A DNA stretch of 64,000 nucleotides from Mobula hypostoma (lineage: Eukaryota): contig NC_086097.1 in NCBI RefSeq assembly GCF_963921235.1, positions 224,752,001 through 224,816,000 of the forward strand, in the 5' to 3' direction. The notes under the pieces are model-generated. The model was not told the origin of the DNA. It made no database searches and saw nothing but the letters and a program-made list of their open reading frames with translations. This document shows positions 60,590-64,000 of the stretch, piece by piece. A program made the translations under genes and the position numbers. How positions within the stretch are numbered: the stretch's first letter is position 1; every line of letters begins with the position of its first letter.

Positions 60590-60804
60590 TAGGAAACTCA
60601 CTTTGTCTAACGGAAAGCAGGCAAATTCCACAAGGGACAGAATTGAACCCAGGTTGCTACAAGTTCCCTTTACAGGAAACTAAAATTTGACTGAAATTGT
60701 ACACATGATAATTTGTATAAGACCATAAGATATAGCAGGGGTCCCCAACCTTTTTTGCACCGCGGACCGGCCGACTGGTGGCGGGGGCGGGGGTGGTGTT
60801 CAAG

Positions 60805-61593
60805 TAGGGTTAAACTCACCTCAACATGTCTTTTACAGTTAGGGTTGCCAACTTTCTCACTCCCAAATAGGGGACAAAAGTAGCAGTCAAATCCTGACAA
60901 AGGGTCCCGGCCTGAACGTCAACTGTACCTTTTCCGTAAGATGCTCCCTGGCCTGCTCCCTTCACCAGCAATTTTTGTGTGTGTTGATGGGACACTTGTG
61001 TTTACCCCGAGAAAGACTACCATGACCATGAAGCCTTGCGCGGGCATCTGTGTGCGTATGCGTGACATGCGCATATGTGCCGATTTTTTCCCCCACAAAT
61101 TGGTTTTGGCTTAATCTTCCTGGCTACACTGTATATACATTATTTCTACTTTATATAGGCTGTGTATTTATCATATCATTCCTGCTTTTACTATATGTTA
61201 GAGATATTTTAGGTTTTATGTGTTATTTGGTATGATTTGGTAGGTTATTTTTTGGGTCTGGGAACGCTCAAAAATTTTTCCCATATAAACTAATGGTAAA
61301 CAACAGGAATTCTGCAGATGCTGGAAATTCAAGCAACACACATCAAAGTTGCTGGTGAACGCAGCAGGCCAAGCAGCATCTATAGGAAGAGGCGCAGTCG
61401 ACGTTTCAGGCCGAGACCCTTCAAACTAATGGTAATTGCTTCTTGGCTTTGCGTCATTTCGGCACCAAAGGTTTCATAGGAACGCTCTACCTTAGTGAGG
61501 GAAATTTGGGACAAGGGCGGTCCCATACGGGACAAACCAACTTAGCCCAATATACGGGATGTCCTGGCAAATACGGGACAGTTGGAAACCCTA
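60805..61593. mobile_element. Nested second hAT-type element
   Basis: TAGGGTT...AACCCTA termini, perfect TSD TGTTCAAG, internal TAGGGTTGCCAAC at 60840 and repeated GGGACA subterminal motifs. Confidence 0.8.
61300..61422 (-). mobile_element. Penelope-derived short repeat with a 13-bp TSD
   Basis: AAACTAATGGTAA at 61287-61299 and 61423-61435; truncated hammerhead GAAGGGTCTCGGCCTGAAACGTCGACTG. Confidence 0.85.
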
Positions 61594-62420
61594 TGTTCAA
61601 GTTTAACAGTGCGTGACAGGGAATGAGGAAAGGTGCAGCTGACTCATATCGTTTCCTCGCGGCCCGGTAGCACATGCTCTGTAGCCCGGTACCGGTCCAC
61701 GGCCTGGTAGTTGGGGACCGCTGAGATATAGGATCAGAATTAGATCATTTGGCCATTGAGTCTGCTCTGCCATTTCATCATGGCTGATCCAATTTTCCTC
61801 TCAGCCCCAATCTCCTGCCTTCTCCCCATATCCCTTCGTGCCCTGTCCAGTCAAGAATCTATCAACGTTTGTTTGAATATACACAAAGACTTGGCCTCAC
61901 CAGCTGCCTGTGGCAAAGAATTCACAGATTGACTGCGCTTATATTCGTGTAATTACAACTACGCAAAACTTTGAACATTTATGTTGTTCCAGATCATGTT
62001 TCGAAGTGTGTAATCTTTTCAGTTGTTCTTTGTACTTCTAAACAGAATTTAATATTGCAGGAAACAAGTTTCTCTATTGTATATTTCATGTGTTTCAGTA
62101 CTTTCAGTCAACTTTTGAAATTACGAAGTTCAAATGAAACACTTTTTAAGGGAGCTGTGACTGTATCTTGCGACCTCTGCTGGGAGAAAGCAGTCAATGG
62201 ACAAAGAACATGCGACAGGTAGTGCTTTCATAGGCCTAATCCCCGTCAATAATCCACACGTCCACTGTTCCTATGGCTTTAGATCTGCCACCTGTTCAGA
62301 CCTCCAGGAGTCACTCTGTTGCACAGGGCAATTCAGCCTCAGACCTAACCAAGGACCTGAGTGGCTTATTAACACCATGATGGCTCTGGTGTGGCTGCTT
62401 CCACCTCTCATACTGCAAAG

Positions 62421-63093
62421 GAGAGGGGGAGAGGAGAAGAAGATGGCGGTGCGACGCAGTGTGCGCGGCCGCTCCGAGAAAATATCATATTTGTTAAATA
62501 GGGACCGTGCACAATCCTGATTTGATGGAGACAGACGTGAGAAGCATGGAAGAACATCTGGAGAAACTTCTGAAATGCCCGCTTCGCTGCCACTGCTACT
62601 GTGCGATCGAGAATCTCCGGAGGGGAAGGCCCCAAATCCTCGGCCTTGCCTATTGCCTGTTGCTGGGGCCAGGGTTGAAGCACTCGGAAGAGATGGTGCT
62701 CGGTGCTCGGTGTTGAAGGCTCGAAGTTTTCGGACGGACTCAAGAGTTGGCTGTGGTCGGGTGCTTCCAGGATGCTGCATCGGCAAGTTTGCGGCGCTGG
62801 AAGCTCATGGCAGGGAGAGTTATTCCCTTCTACCGTCTGCATGAGATGATGGGACTTTCGAGAAACTTTGAGACTATTTTTTTTACCGTGCCCATGGTCT
62901 GTTCTTCATCAAATTACGGTACTGCTTTGCACTGTTGTAACTATATGTTATAATTATGTGGTTTTTGTCAGTTTTTTTCAGTCTTGGTTTGTCTTGTGTT
63001 TCTGTGATATCATTCTGGAGGAACATTGTATCATTTCTTAATGCATGCATTACTAAATGACAATAAAAGAGGACTGCATGTCCTCATAATCTA
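62421..63093 (+). mobile_element. Non-autonomous LINE-like element, copy 2
   Basis: AAGATGGCGG start, CpG-rich body and ACAATAAAAGAGGACT...CATAATCTA end; homologous to 35808-36425. Confidence 0.8.
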
Positions 63094-63196
63094 TTAAAAA
63101 AATTAGTCCGGTTGGATGTGAGCAGGGATTGTCACTGCCTACTGTTCGAGGGAAGAACATGCAGGACTTCCGGCAAAAAGGATGGAAATTTGACAC

Positions 63197-63300
63197 GTCC
63201 TGATGAATGGTCTCTGCCTGAATCATCGACTGTTTATTCACTTTCATAGATGCTGCCTGACCGACTGAGTTCCTCCAGCATCTTGTGAGTGTCGCTCTGG
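63197..63300 (+). mobile_element. Penelope-derived short repeat with a decayed hammerhead
   Basis: GTCCTGATGAATGGTCTCTGCCTGAATCATCGACTG...GATGCTGCCTGACCGACTGAGTTCCTCCAGCAT. Confidence 0.8.
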
Positions 63301-64000
63301 AAATGGTGACCATTTGGAAAGTACGTTCAGGCACAATGAGGAAGATGGCTTTATTCCACGCTCTTGTGTACAGCTTCATGACGCTGAGGAAGCCGCAGCT
63401 ATTTTCATGTCACTTTCTGCCTTAAAAGGTGCCTTTAATGTCATATAAAATCATTCCCTGGGTCAGTTCTGGAAAAAAGCAGCACCCTCAGCCTCTGGTC
63501 CACTGCGGATTCTACACCTTCAGTGAACTCTGCAGTCACTTGGACTTCCCAGAGTGACAGGCTGGAGTGTGAGGAGACATTAGCCTGTTGAACGTGCAGC
63601 CTCCTCTGCAGACCCTCGATAATGTAACGGCAGTCCATTTCGGACATGTGGTAAAAGTGGAGGGCAGGCTTACACTGTTGAGAGTCTGTTAAATATAGAC
63701 TTCAAGTTTATGTCATCTAAGGGCAAGAGACGAAGATAGTTCAGGGTCAGATTTAATATCACTGGAATGCTTGATAGCTCTGGACCTGTAGTCACTGAAA
63801 GTGGGGGGAAATCTCATTAAAACCTATCTGATATTGAAAGGCCAAGGCAGAATGGACGTTGACAAGTGTCCTATAGTGCGGGAGACTAGGATGAGAGGGC
63901 ATTAGAATAGAAGGGTGTCTCTTCTGAACAGAGATGAGGAGGAATTTCTTTAGGCAGAGAAACCTGCGGATTTCTTTGCTATAGACGTCAGTGGGGGTGG

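Larger units (their letters stand above)
60736..61723. mobile_element. hAT (Charlie-like) non-autonomous element inside a CR1 tail
   Basis: CAGGGGTCCCCAAC...GTTGGGGACCGCTG termini; perfect TSD AGATATAG. Confidence 0.9.

Noticed and set aside
62271..62953. Overlapping 144-171 aa ORFs
   Set aside because: They lie mostly in a GC-rich non-autonomous repeat; the second copy does not keep them full length and no domain is recognisable
63441..63647. 68-aa minus-strand ORF in unique sequence
   Set aside because: No recognisable homology or convincing splice signals
1..64000. Prokaryotic-type systems (CRISPR, operons, retrons), tRNA or rRNA genes
   Set aside because: None seen; all RT and nuclease ORFs belong to eukaryotic retrotransposon families

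Overview
Eukaryotic, AT-rich, repeat-dense DNA. I found no recognisable host protein-coding exon, so it is probably intergenic or a long intron. The repeat mix (many CR1 LINEs, Rex1/Babar LINEs, Penelope-like elements with short terminal-repeat derivatives, a chromodomain Gypsy element, hAT and Tc1 MITEs) suggests a cartilaginous fish, probably a ray or shark; this is inference from memory, not a database result. Almost every informative ORF is transposon-derived. The longest is an uninterrupted 572-aa CR1 reverse transcriptase ORF (55811-57529, minus). The most notable signals are RNA-structural. (1) About a dozen dispersed Penelope-derived repeats carry a minimal type-I hammerhead ribozyme core (CTGANGA...GAAACGTC), several as inverted pairs. 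(2) An RTE-like non-autonomous element carries a partial HDV/CPEB3-like ribozyme fold. (3) A ~140-bp fold-back hairpin sits inside a Rex1 LINE. There is also a multi-layer nested transposon stack with exact target-site duplications (TSDs). Family names come from motif recognition, and boundaries without a stated TSD are approximate.
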